A DNA stretch of 60,127 bases from an uncultured Spirochaetales bacterium. Lineage in GTDB: Bacteria > UBP6 > UBA1177. The notes beneath the pieces were generated by a model, which saw nothing but the letters and a program-made list of their open reading frames with translations, was not told the origin of the DNA and made no database searches. Position numbers and translations under genes: made by a program. Below, one piece after another: positions 9,995 to 18,732 of this stretch (positions within the stretch are counted from its first letter, which is position 1; every line of letters begins with the position of its first letter). The DNA lies in the NCBI GenBank assembly GCA_964614215.1, contig CAZTKP010000001.1:1-60127 (forward strand), written 5' to 3'.

Positions 9995-10858
9995 CTATGT
10001 TAATAATTCTATCTTTTTCACTGACCGGTATTTTCCACCGCTAAATGACCGATAAGCCTTGTCTCTCTGTTCGGCACTTGAGAAAACTCCTATTATCGTG
10101 GAGCCGCTTCCTGACATAAATGTCATCTCGGCAACGTTCTCAAGCTCCTTTTTCAACAGTCCTATCTCAGGCCACTCAGAGAATACAACATCCTCAAAAT
10201 CATTATAGATTACAGTGGTCCAGTCTTTCAATGAACTACCATCAAAATTACGGACGGTATTTATAGTTACAGCCCCCCTATTTGTCAATTTTTTTTTGTC
10301 GAACAGACTGTACGCAAGTCCCGAATTCACTGTAATTTCAGGGCAAATCAGCAACAGACTCCTTCCTTTAGGATCTATGTCTATCTCTGTCAGTTTATCA
10401 CCTGTTCCGCCAACTAATGCAGCAGTACCTAAAAGAAAGAACGGCACATCACTTCCAACTTCTGATGCTATTTTGACCATTTCGCTCTGTTCAAGAGCTA
10501 GATCAAGATACCTGTTCAGGAAAAGAAGAAAGCCTGCCGCGTTACTGCTTCCTCCTCCAAGACCGGCACCTGCGGGAATGCTCTTTTCTATAGTTATATC
10601 AAACTTCGGAATTTCCTTTCCGAGATATCTGCCCAGCTCTTTCCAGATCTTATAGACAGTATTTTTCTGTGTGGAAATATTTTCTGCGACACCTTTTGTC
10701 CTTATGTGAAACTCGCTGGATTCTTCAACGATTACAGTATCATAAAGCGATATCGGCGTCATTATGGATTCAATAAAATGAAGATTGGTCTTGGGGTCCA
10801 CACTTCCAATTTTAAGAAAAATGTTTATTTTAGCGGGAGTTTTAAAGGCTGTTGTCAT
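9995..10858 (-). CDS. ispE: 4-diphosphocytidyl-2-C-methyl-D-erythritol kinase
   Basis: PAKINIFLKIG and the GHMP kinase motif IPAGAGLGGGSSNAAGFL. Confidence 0.9.
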   Translation of the reverse strand: MTTAFKTPAKINIFLKIGSVDPKTNLHFIESIMTPISLYDTVIVEESSEFHIRTKGVAENISTQKNTVYKIWKELGRYLGKEIPKFDITIEKSIPAGAGLGGGSSNAAGFLLFLNRYLDLALEQSEMVKIASEVGSDVPFFLLGTAALVGGTGDKLTEIDIDPKGRSLLLICPEITVNSGLAYSLFDKKKLTNRGAVTINTVRNFDGSSLKDWTTVIYNDFEDVVFSEWPEIGLLKKELENVAEMTFMSGSGSTIIGVFSSAEQRDKAYRSFSGGKYRSVKKIELLT

Positions 10859-10859
10859 T

Positions 10860-11339
10860 TTAAAATTTTTTCTTCAGCTCTTTTTCAACAGGAGCAGGAA
10901 CAAACTTTTTTAGACTTTTTTTATCCATAGAAGCTATTTCCTTAACCATACCTGATGAAAGAAAAGAATATTTATCCGACGTCATTAAAAAAACTGATTC
11001 AGCGGATGGACAAAGTACTCTGTTAACTGAGGCCATCTGCAGTTCCATTTCAAAATCCGATACCGCCCTGAGACCTCTGATAACAACATTTGTATTCAAT
11101 TCCTGCATCAGATCAACTAGAAGATTATCAAAAATGATCACTGAAGCTCTGTCTTTATCCTTAAATACTTTTTCGATCATTTCTTTTCTTTCTAATGCTG
11201 TAAAAAGCGGTTTTTTGCCGGTATTTTCACCTATTGCAATGTAAACATGATCAAAAAGCTTCAAGGCTCTCTGAGCAATATCAAGATGCCCCAGAGTAAA
11301 CGGATCAAAACTTCCAGGATAAATTGCTGTTCTTTTCAT
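10860..11339 (-). CDS. coaD: phosphopantetheine adenylyltransferase
   Basis: AIYPGSFDPFTLGHLDI, 159 aa. Confidence 0.93.
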   Translation of the reverse strand: MKRTAIYPGSFDPFTLGHLDIAQRALKLFDHVYIAIGENTGKKPLFTALERKEMIEKVFKDKDRASVIIFDNLLVDLMQELNTNVVIRGLRAVSDFEMELQMASVNRVLCPSAESVFLMTSDKYSFLSSGMVKEIASMDKKSLKKFVPAPVEKELKKKF

Positions 11340-11341
11340 TT

Positions 11342-11890
11342 CTACTCCCAGTTATAAAAAACGGTCAACAACGTATTCCCATACTTTTTTTCTTTTTTTG
11401 ACCAGTCTTTTTCGTTCCACTGGACATTGCGGTCACTTTCGATTCCAATCACACAGACATCATCAAAGATCTTCAAACTTCTGAAAGTATCAAGAAGTTC
11501 AGGGATCCTATCTCTCTGTACATAAGGAGGATCAATATACACTGCGTTGACACGTCCCAACCCTTCATAGGTAGTTTCTTTATATGCATCTCCTTTCAGA
11601 ATGCTCAGTTCTGAAATATCCAGAGATTCTTTATTCTGCAAAATTCCGCTAATCGCCTTTTTATCTTTTTCAACAGCAAAAGCTTTGGCCAGACCTCTGC
11701 TGATAGATTCAAAAGACATTGCTCCGCTACCAGAGAAAACATCCAGAAAAACTCTATTATCAAAGTTGATCAGAGAAAACAGAATATCAAAAAAAGCACT
11801 TCTCACCTTTTCCTCTGTCGGTCTGAGATCTGTATCCGGAACAGAAAAAAACCGGCCCTTTAAAGATCCGGATGTGATTCTTAGACGCAT
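11342..11890 (-). CDS. rsmD: 16S rRNA (guanine966-N2)-methyltransferase RsmD-like
   Basis: DVFSGSGAMSFESISRG SAM motif and VYIDPPY. Confidence 0.85.
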   Translation of the reverse strand: MRLRITSGSLKGRFFSVPDTDLRPTEEKVRSAFFDILFSLINFDNRVFLDVFSGSGAMSFESISRGLAKAFAVEKDKKAISGILQNKESLDISELSILKGDAYKETTYEGLGRVNAVYIDPPYVQRDRIPELLDTFRSLKIFDDVCVIGIESDRNVQWNEKDWSKKEKKYGNTLLTVFYNWE

Positions 11891-11893
11891 GAT

Positions 11894-12889
11894 CTACGGA
11901 CAGGCTTCCAGAAATGCCTGTACCTGAGCTTTATCACTTGCGTTAGGTGTTAACTGGATATACTTTCGATAATTCTTACAAGCCTGATTCTGATTTTGAA
12001 GATACGCATAGGCAATACCTATAAATTTATAGATCTTACCACTTCTCGGTTTTAAACGCATCGCATTCTTATACTCATGCAGAGCATCAGTGTATTTTTT
12101 CTGGCCAAGGGCCGCGTGGCCCAACTGGACGAAATCATTGTATTTCTTATTGACATCGACATTCTTTTTAGGAAGAGCTTTTTTCTTTGCTATTTTTCTT
12201 TTTTTAGGTGCCGGTTTTCTTTTCTTTTTAACAACCGGGGCCTTTTCTTTTTTTACTTCAGCTATTTTTTTCGCAGGCTTTTCTTCAACCGGAGCTTTTT
12301 CCTCTTCCTCTTCCTCTGCTGCAACAGCTTCCTCTTCCTCTTCCGGAACTGCTTCTTCTTCAGGTTCTTTTTCGTCCTCAACTTTTGCCAGAGCTTTTTC
12401 CTTTTCTTCGGGTTCAGCCTGTTCTTCTGCATCTTCTATCTCCGCGAACTCATTATCAGAATCCCCGGAACTTATTGAAATAACAGCAACAATAATAACG
12501 ATAACAACGGCTGCTCCAATTCCGGCCAGAATTTTCCAGTCAGGCAGTTTAAACCCGCCATTCCTCTTATCTTCATCAGGATAAAGCTCCTTGATAACGT
12601 CTGCTATTTCCTGCTCTTCCTTGTTTGGTTTCTGGTCAAAAAAATTGTCTGTAAGGGTAATTTTTTCCTGACGGACATTTTCTTCTTTTACAGCACTGCT
12701 TTCTTTAGAAACAGTTTTTTCTTGAGATTCAACCTTTTCCGGCACATCATCAGACACGGCATCCTGCTGTTTTTTACTTACAGGAACTTCTTCAACAACC
12801 GTAACGTTACTGCTGGCACACATAGGACAGTTCGGCCTTTTTTCTGGAATCTCCGCTGAAAAACCACAATTGTTACAAATAAATTTCAT
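11894..12889 (-). CDS. zinc-ribbon / single-TM / charged-linker / TPR protein
   Basis: N-terminal CNNCG...CPMC zinc ribbon. TM helix ILAGIGAAVVIVIIVAVISI. E-rich then K-rich low-complexity region. C-terminal TPR-like repeats (ALHEYKNAMRLKP...). Confidence 0.7.
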   Translation of the reverse strand: MKFICNNCGFSAEIPEKRPNCPMCASSNVTVVEEVPVSKKQQDAVSDDVPEKVESQEKTVSKESSAVKEENVRQEKITLTDNFFDQKPNKEEQEIADVIKELYPDEDKRNGGFKLPDWKILAGIGAAVVIVIIVAVISISSGDSDNEFAEIEDAEEQAEPEEKEKALAKVEDEKEPEEEAVPEEEEEAVAAEEEEEEKAPVEEKPAKKIAEVKKEKAPVVKKKRKPAPKKRKIAKKKALPKKNVDVNKKYNDFVQLGHAALGQKKYTDALHEYKNAMRLKPRSGKIYKFIGIAYAYLQNQNQACKNYRKYIQLTPNASDKAQVQAFLEACP

Positions 12890-12892
12890 AAT

Positions 12893-14413
12893 CTACCCAT
12901 TTACTGGTTTTGCTTTTATTACCGGTTTCCCGCCTTTGTCCTCGATCGTAAAACTTACGTCGGAACAGTTATATTTTGCCATAATTGATGCACGGTTTGT
13001 TCTAAGTTTCCCAACGAAAGATCTCTTTTCGTTGTCTGAAACTTTTTTACCATGCTTTTCTTTAATTCTGCAGTAATCTTCCCAAAGCTCTTCAAAAGGA
13101 TCTTTTTCTTCAGCTTCTTCAGAAATTTCAGGCACATCAGGCAAGCCCACAGGAGATGTTGCAAGCTGTGTCTTTTCATCATCATCTGTTGAAATAGGCG
13201 GAGCCGGAGCTTTTTTCTGGATTTTTTCCTCCGGAGGAAGTGCCGGAATAGGTTTTTTCGGAGTTTCTTCAATATCATCCACACCGAAAGGATCAGGAAT
13301 ATCTTCATCATACTCTCTGTTAACCTTCTGAGAATTAACATCCGGAGTAGGACCGGGAGTCATGGAAGACTGACCAAAGCCTAGTCCATCTCTTTCACCA
13401 TCTCTCAGATACTTTGCAATTAACGTATTTAAAGCTGAGACTGCTATATCTGCTCCATGACTGTATTTTTTCAGAACGAGCTTTTCTCCGACTTTCATTC
13501 TGGAAATATCGGCAGCAAGATTTCTAAAAACCTTATCGATCTCATGGGTTACAATAAAAGTGAAGAAAAAAGCGATAATTATTGTGACCAGAGTATAGAT
13601 CACTGTGTAAAAAAGAACTCTATTGTAGTCTTCCATTCCGGGAAGTGATGAGGAAAGCGTTATAAAAACAACTTTTTCTCCACCCAACATATCAACAGGC
13701 ATAAAAAAACTATGAAGATAGGTCCAGCTGTTAAGAGTTTTTTCTCCCTCAGACTTAACAAGTTCGGAAAGGGATTCTTCTACTTTTTCAGAACCACAGC
13801 CTTCCTCAACTTTTTTCCATTTTTCAGACTTTGTTTCAGAGATAAATTTACTTCCATGATAAACCCTTACAGGCATTGGAAAAACATCATCTCTGAAAGC
13901 GAGAGAAAGTTTTTCAAGACTTATTACAGCAAAAAGTTCTTCAGGGCCTTTCTGAGAAACTTTTTTCACTGTGGGAACGACACCCATAAGATACAGCTGG
14001 TCTCCGATCATTATTGTGCCATCAGAAGCGATCCCTTTTTTTAAAGCTCTTTCAACCGCAGGAATTCCCTTGTGGGAAGACATCAGTTTTGTCGTTCCCG
14101 CAACGAACTCAGCATTTTTATCTATCAATATGTAATCCTGCTTTGAACTTATCTCGCTTATCTTTAACGGGGCGTTCTTTGATGCTTTGCTAAGAGTCAA
14201 TTCCCGGGCAATTTCAAAAGAATTCCCTATAAGAGAGTACATCTTTGTTTTTACTTTTTCCTTAACGTAACGAACACTGTTCTGAGGACCCTGCTGGATA
14301 TCTATTTTGTCAATAAATGATCTGAACAGAACGAAATCCAGAATCGACAGCGCTGATATTACCACGGCCATTAAGAAAAAAACTTTAAGTTTCAGCCCAA
14401 GATTACTAAACAT
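12893..14413 (-). CDS. sensor-like membrane protein (TM, roughly 240-aa extracytoplasmic domain, TM, HAMP-like, Pro-rich linker, small conserved C-terminal domain)
   Basis: Two hydrophobic helices (residues about 12-32 and about 268-290). HAMP-like HEIDKVFRNLAADISRMKVGEKL. The C-terminal 65 aa resemble the C-terminus of the 54203..54763 product. Confidence 0.65.
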   Translation of the reverse strand: MFSNLGLKLKVFFLMAVVISALSILDFVLFRSFIDKIDIQQGPQNSVRYVKEKVKTKMYSLIGNSFEIARELTLSKASKNAPLKISEISSKQDYILIDKNAEFVAGTTKLMSSHKGIPAVERALKKGIASDGTIMIGDQLYLMGVVPTVKKVSQKGPEELFAVISLEKLSLAFRDDVFPMPVRVYHGSKFISETKSEKWKKVEEGCGSEKVEESLSELVKSEGEKTLNSWTYLHSFFMPVDMLGGEKVVFITLSSSLPGMEDYNRVLFYTVIYTLVTIIIAFFFTFIVTHEIDKVFRNLAADISRMKVGEKLVLKKYSHGADIAVSALNTLIAKYLRDGERDGLGFGQSSMTPGPTPDVNSQKVNREYDEDIPDPFGVDDIEETPKKPIPALPPEEKIQKKAPAPPISTDDDEKTQLATSPVGLPDVPEISEEAEEKDPFEELWEDYCRIKEKHGKKVSDNEKRSFVGKLRTNRASIMAKYNCSDVSFTIEDKGGKPVIKAKPVNG

Positions 14414-14440
14414 CTATTTTTCTCCCCGATTAATAACTAT

Positions 14441-15169
14441 TTAATACATTCCATCTTCAACAGTCGTAGAATAAGATGTAGAGTTCACGCTGGAAACCTG
14501 CCCGTCCTCTATTCTGTATCCCAGGTTCTGAGAAGCGTTTGAAACCATTACAAAATCTTCCTGATATATCCATTTGGTTCCATAATAAAATCTTATTGTG
14601 TAGCTTCCTGGCGAAAGGTCCGGGATGCTCATTTTGTTGTTTCCGGATTTGATCGGCAGAAGATAGGATGTTGAAAGAACTCTGAGATAAACCGTATTCC
14701 ACTGAAAAAGAGAATCAACGACCGTATAGTCCCCGGAAGTATCAAAGTTTTGAGTAATGCTTCCTTTTGCCGGAACCTCAACCTCTTTTTTCCAGTCCTT
14801 GTCGCCATCTTTAAAAAATATCAGCTTTCTAGAAAAATCTTCATTGTTTTTAATTTCAAGATTCCCGTTGAGAGGAAACAGTATGCTGTTTCTTGAAACA
14901 GAGGCTCCTGTTAGTTCAAGAACTTCAGTATAGTTCTTTATTGTGTCATATCCTTCTATTACTATGGAGTATGTTTCCGCTTCAAGAGAAGGTTGCGGAT
15001 CTATTACAGGCAGACGCCAGTAGCCGTCTTTTATGTTGGCTGAAGTCCCCATGTTTTTTTCCTGACCTGCTTTGTAGTTAACGAGAAGTTTAAGAACACC
15101 GCCTGTTATAGAAAAAGGTGCCGTAACACACAGTAGACAGATTAGTATCTCAACAATTTTTCTTCTCAT
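14441..15169 (-). CDS. secreted beta-rich hypothetical protein
   Basis: 242 aa with an N-terminal hydrophobic signal. Its start overlaps the upstream TPR gene stop by 4 nt. No recognisable motif. Confidence 0.55.
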   Translation of the reverse strand: MRRKIVEILICLLCVTAPFSITGGVLKLLVNYKAGQEKNMGTSANIKDGYWRLPVIDPQPSLEAETYSIVIEGYDTIKNYTEVLELTGASVSRNSILFPLNGNLEIKNNEDFSRKLIFFKDGDKDWKKEVEVPAKGSITQNFDTSGDYTVVDSLFQWNTVYLRVLSTSYLLPIKSGNNKMSIPDLSPGSYTIRFYYGTKWIYQEDFVMVSNASQNLGYRIEDGQVSSVNSTSYSTTVEDGMY

Positions 15170-17268
15170 TTTTCCTCTCCGGAATCTGAAGATTCCTTTG
15201 CTCTGATAAGCTCTTCTGTTTCTCTTATCTGATCACGAATTGTCTGCAGCTGCTCATCATCCTGGACACTCTGCTCAACTTTTCTAAGGATATCAAGGCT
15301 CTTGTTAAGATCTCCTGCCATGTCCCATGCCTGAGAAAGACCCATGAGACTTCTTATATCACCTTCTTCGATCTCAAGAGCTTTGTTAAAATAATCTATC
15401 GCATCCTTAAACATCCCCATGGACAGATGACTCATGCCCAGATCATAAAAATGGGATGATGATGTTTCACCATCAAACGATCTCTTCAGTGTCTCTCTAA
15501 CTTCATTAACCGTTCCTGCAAGGTCCTCTTCTTCTCTGACTGGAAGTATTTCTCTTATTCCTGCAAGAAAACTAGAGGAGGGGTAGTTGATTAGAAGTTC
15601 CTGTAAAAGCTGCGTAGCACTATTAAAATCCTCAATGCTTATATAAAATTCAAGCTCATCAAGATTTTCCTGAGGCGGTTCCTGAAGTTCGGAAATAATA
15701 TCGTTTGTCATCTTTTCAAATTCGCTGGCAAGATCTTCCTCCGGCTCCACAGTATGTGCCGTTTCTTCCAGTGCTATAGCTTCCGCTTCTAATACGCCTT
15801 CTTCCTCTACTTCATCTTCTGTTTCATCAACAGGTTCCAGAGTTACCGGACTCTCCTCTTCTTCATCTTCAGGGTTTCCATCTTTATCAGGGATACCGCT
15901 GAAAATATCGTCGGTCTCGACATCTTCAGAAAAATCACTTTGTCCAAAAGAGATCTTTTTCTTTCTTTCTGCCAGTCTTGGATCATCTTTTCCAAGCATA
16001 GACTCTGCATCCACCAGCAGCTCAGCAAGATCCGAAGTATCACCTTTTGCTATTTTAAGGTCGACAAGGGCTATGAGAAGATCTCCTGCTGTATCGACAT
16101 CTCCCGACTCTATATACGCCTCGATCAGAATATCAATAGTTTCAGAATGTTCCTTCCATCTGGGATATTTGTGAATTCTGTCTATAGCTTTGCTGAAAAG
16201 CCTGTAGCTCATAAAGACCTTTGCCTCTTTAAGAACCGTTTCGAGACTCTGTGTCGGCTCATCATCAGCTTCTTCAACATTCTCGACATCTTCAAGGTCA
16301 ATATCTATATCCAGTTCAAGATCTTCCTCTTCGGCAAAATCCAGATTTGTGTTGTCTATCTTGTCACTTATCAGATCTCTCAGTTTTCCTTCTTCCCTAA
16401 GGGCGGTCAAGGCTTCTCTATCATCCGGGTCAAGTTCCAGGATCTTTCTATAGACATTGTCTCTTTCTTCAAGATTCTGTCTTTTGGAACATACAACTGC
16501 TATCTGCTTATACGTTGCAATGAGTTTTCTTTTTTCACCCAGCTTTTCAAAAACGAAAGCCAGCTTTTCAAGGAATTCCATCGAATCAGGGTCTTCCACT
16601 ATAAGCTTTTGAAGAACCGTGAGAGCGTTAGTATAACTACCTGTTCTCAGGTAAAGATTTACCAGGTCCCTTCCTATCGTTATCTCTCCGTCTGAGGCAG
16701 TGTAGAGAAGCTTCAGGACGTTGGCGTAATCATTTGTCTTGCCGGTACCTTTCATTGATTCAGCCAGCGGAGCAAGAAGTTTCTCCGCCTCGTGCTTCAT
16801 GTTCTCTGCGATAAGCATATTGGCAAGCTTTACAATAAAGCCTGTGCTGTTAGGTGCCAGCTCCACCATCTTTCTGAGAATGTTTATCGCAGCAAGCTTG
16901 TTGTCCAGGCGGGCATAGTAATTAACCGCAGTCTGGTAGCGCATAATGGCATCTTTTACCAAGCCGCTCTGCCTGTCATAATCAGCAAGAAGAACATTGA
17001 TCTTTCCATGCTGGGCATTTATCATCAGAGCCTGCTTAAGAACAGCTTTAGCTTTGTTCAGGAATCCTTTTTTCTCAAAAAGATGTGCCGCTTTTTCATA
17101 GATCTCTATTGCCTTATCTTCGTTCCCGTCTCTTGCGTATAGTTCCGCCAGTCTGACATAAGCTCTATCATCATCGGGGTTTTTACTGATCACTTCCTGA
17201 TATTTTTCAATCTCCGTCGGACTTTTTTTGCCCCTGATAGAGAATCTTCCGGTATTTTTAGTAGCCAA
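15166..17268 (-). CDS. large TPR-repeat protein with an acidic central region
   Basis: 700 aa. It has multiple TPR-like units (AYVRLAELYARDGNEDKAIEIYEKA...), an acidic DxE-rich middle, and C-terminal TPRs. Confidence 0.75.
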   Translation of the reverse strand: MATKNTGRFSIRGKKSPTEIEKYQEVISKNPDDDRAYVRLAELYARDGNEDKAIEIYEKAAHLFEKKGFLNKAKAVLKQALMINAQHGKINVLLADYDRQSGLVKDAIMRYQTAVNYYARLDNKLAAINILRKMVELAPNSTGFIVKLANMLIAENMKHEAEKLLAPLAESMKGTGKTNDYANVLKLLYTASDGEITIGRDLVNLYLRTGSYTNALTVLQKLIVEDPDSMEFLEKLAFVFEKLGEKRKLIATYKQIAVVCSKRQNLEERDNVYRKILELDPDDREALTALREEGKLRDLISDKIDNTNLDFAEEEDLELDIDIDLEDVENVEEADDEPTQSLETVLKEAKVFMSYRLFSKAIDRIHKYPRWKEHSETIDILIEAYIESGDVDTAGDLLIALVDLKIAKGDTSDLAELLVDAESMLGKDDPRLAERKKKISFGQSDFSEDVETDDIFSGIPDKDGNPEDEEEESPVTLEPVDETEDEVEEEGVLEAEAIALEETAHTVEPEEDLASEFEKMTNDIISELQEPPQENLDELEFYISIEDFNSATQLLQELLINYPSSSFLAGIREILPVREEEDLAGTVNEVRETLKRSFDGETSSSHFYDLGMSHLSMGMFKDAIDYFNKALEIEEGDIRSLMGLSQAWDMAGDLNKSLDILRKVEQSVQDDEQLQTIRDQIRETEELIRAKESSDSGEEK

Positions 17269-17270
17269 TT

Positions 17271-17843
17271 TTACCTTCCGCCGCTTTTTACCCGTTCAAT
17301 ATAACTGTAGTCTTCCGTGTTGATCTTGATAACATCTCCTTCAGCAATAAACATGGGCACCATAACCTGTCCCCCGGTTGTGACCTTGGCCGGCTTATAT
17401 GATGATGTCACAGTGTCACCCTTAAATCCGGGCTCTGTTTCAGAGATCTCCACTTCAATAAACTGAGGAAGGTCCATTGAGATCGGCGATCCGTTATAGA
17501 ACTGCACTGTTACTTTTTCATTTTCCTTGAGAAAAAGAACGACATCCTCGACAACTTTGAGATCGATGGTTATCTGTTCAAATGTCTCGGAATCCATGAA
17601 ATAGTAGAACTCGCCATCCGAATAGAGAAACTCCATCTCCTTTTCCTCCATGTCAGGTTTTTCAACCCTTTCTCCGGAAAGAAAAGTTCTTTCAGCTATT
17701 GATCCGCTAAGGATGTTTTTCAGTTTTGTTTTGATAACGGCTCTTCTTTTCTGCTGAATATGTGTCATTTCAACAATTCTGTAAGGGGTGCCGTCAATTT
17801 CAATTCTAAGTCCCTTTCTAAATTCTGAGGTCGAAATCTGCAT
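17271..17843 (-). CDS. efp: elongation factor P (non-canonical beta3-beta4 loop)
   Basis: The full length aligns with EF-P (DGTPYRIVE..., GDTVTSSYKPAKVTTGGQVMVPMFI). The loop reads HIQQKRRA where the family usually has VKPGKGxA. Confidence 0.88.
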   Translation of the reverse strand: MQISTSEFRKGLRIEIDGTPYRIVEMTHIQQKRRAVIKTKLKNILSGSIAERTFLSGERVEKPDMEEKEMEFLYSDGEFYYFMDSETFEQITIDLKVVEDVVLFLKENEKVTVQFYNGSPISMDLPQFIEVEISETEPGFKGDTVTSSYKPAKVTTGGQVMVPMFIAEGDVIKINTEDYSYIERVKSGGR

Positions 17844-17944
17844 CTTTTCTCCTTAATTCTGCCTACAATTCTCCAAACACAAAAAAATAGGGCATAACAT
17901 ACTAAATGTAATGGATGTCATTGTCAAGTTTTAGAAGCGTAGCT

Positions 17945-18373
17945 TCAGACTACGGAAAGACTATTAAAAACCGCCTCAACGGCCAGACTGTATGTGTGAA
18001 CTCCGAAACCGCAGATAAATCCTTCCGCGACATCGCTGAGGTAAGAGTTCTGTCGAAACGCTTCCCTCTTGAAAATATTGGAGAAATGAGCCTCAACAAA
18101 AGGGACCTTTCTGAAAATCAGAGCATCTCTTATCAGAACACTGGTGTGAGTATATGCCCCTGGATTGATCACTATGCCGTCGGCACTGCACTCGGCAATT
18201 AATTTGGCAAGTTCTCCCTCAAAATAACTGCTTAAAAAAACGAGCTCGACACCTAAAGCAGACGCTTTTTCCGTCAAACTGCGAACAAGCTCTTCTCTTG
18301 TAAATCCGTATATTTCAGGTTCTCTTTCTCCGATCCTGTCCAGAAGAGGACCTTCTATAAGAGCTATTTTCAT
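17945..18373 (-). CDS. aroQ: type II 3-dehydroquinate dehydratase
   Basis: INPGAYTHTSVLIRDAL and VEAHFSNIFKREAFR motifs. Confidence 0.92.
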   Translation of the reverse strand: MKIALIEGPLLDRIGEREPEIYGFTREELVRSLTEKASALGVELVFLSSYFEGELAKLIAECSADGIVINPGAYTHTSVLIRDALIFRKVPFVEAHFSNIFKREAFRQNSYLSDVAEGFICGFGVHTYSLAVEAVFNSLSVV

Positions 18374-18382
18374 CGGTTTTCC

Positions 18383-18580
18383 TCACACTTCATTTATATC
18401 CAGCCAAAGCATCTGAGCCCACAAGCTTAAAAGGAGCTGTGCCTTTTCATCATCTTTTGCCGCATTTTCAGCAGCATTATAAATGACTTTCATTATTCCG
18501 TCCGGATCATTTTTCCCAAGCTCTTCCGACATTGTCTGAACCTCTATCCAGTTTCTCTGACGGATAGCTATGAGAAGCAT
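18383..18580 (-). CDS. small hypothetical protein
   Basis: 65-aa ORF, co-directional with aroQ and 9 nt upstream of it. No motif. The true start may be the internal Met (MSEELGK). Confidence 0.3.
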   Translation of the reverse strand: MLLIAIRQRNWIEVQTMSEELGKNDPDGIMKVIYNAAENAAKDDEKAQLLLSLWAQMLWLDINEV

Positions 18581-18732
18581 TGTTCTGGTAACCAGGATAC
18601 CCTCCCCCGATCTTTTATGGAAAGCTATCAGACAAGCTGTTTCAGGTCAAGAAAAGTTGCATTTACAGTGATATTCTGATAGATAAAAACCCCTGCACTT
18701 TCAGGTTGTTTTTTTACTATCAGGAGATGATC

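Noticed and set aside
12077-12584. Long plus-strand ORFs antisense to real genes. Examples are 12077..12478, 12090..12584, 15940..16695, 54699..55463, 43312..43854 and 36367..36951.
   Set aside because: They mirror low-complexity or AT-rich coding regions of well-supported minus-strand genes. They translate to F/S/L-rich junk, and they lack RBS and family motifs.
18581-18732. Possible purine or ZTP riboswitch, or an attenuator, in the purH leader. A small CCTG-N6-CAGG hairpin is followed by a T-run at about 18692-18717.
   Set aside because: I could not find the conserved ZTP (pfl) or purine-riboswitch core sequences. The stem is only 4 bp, and the leader is also the divergent promoter region for the minus-strand array.
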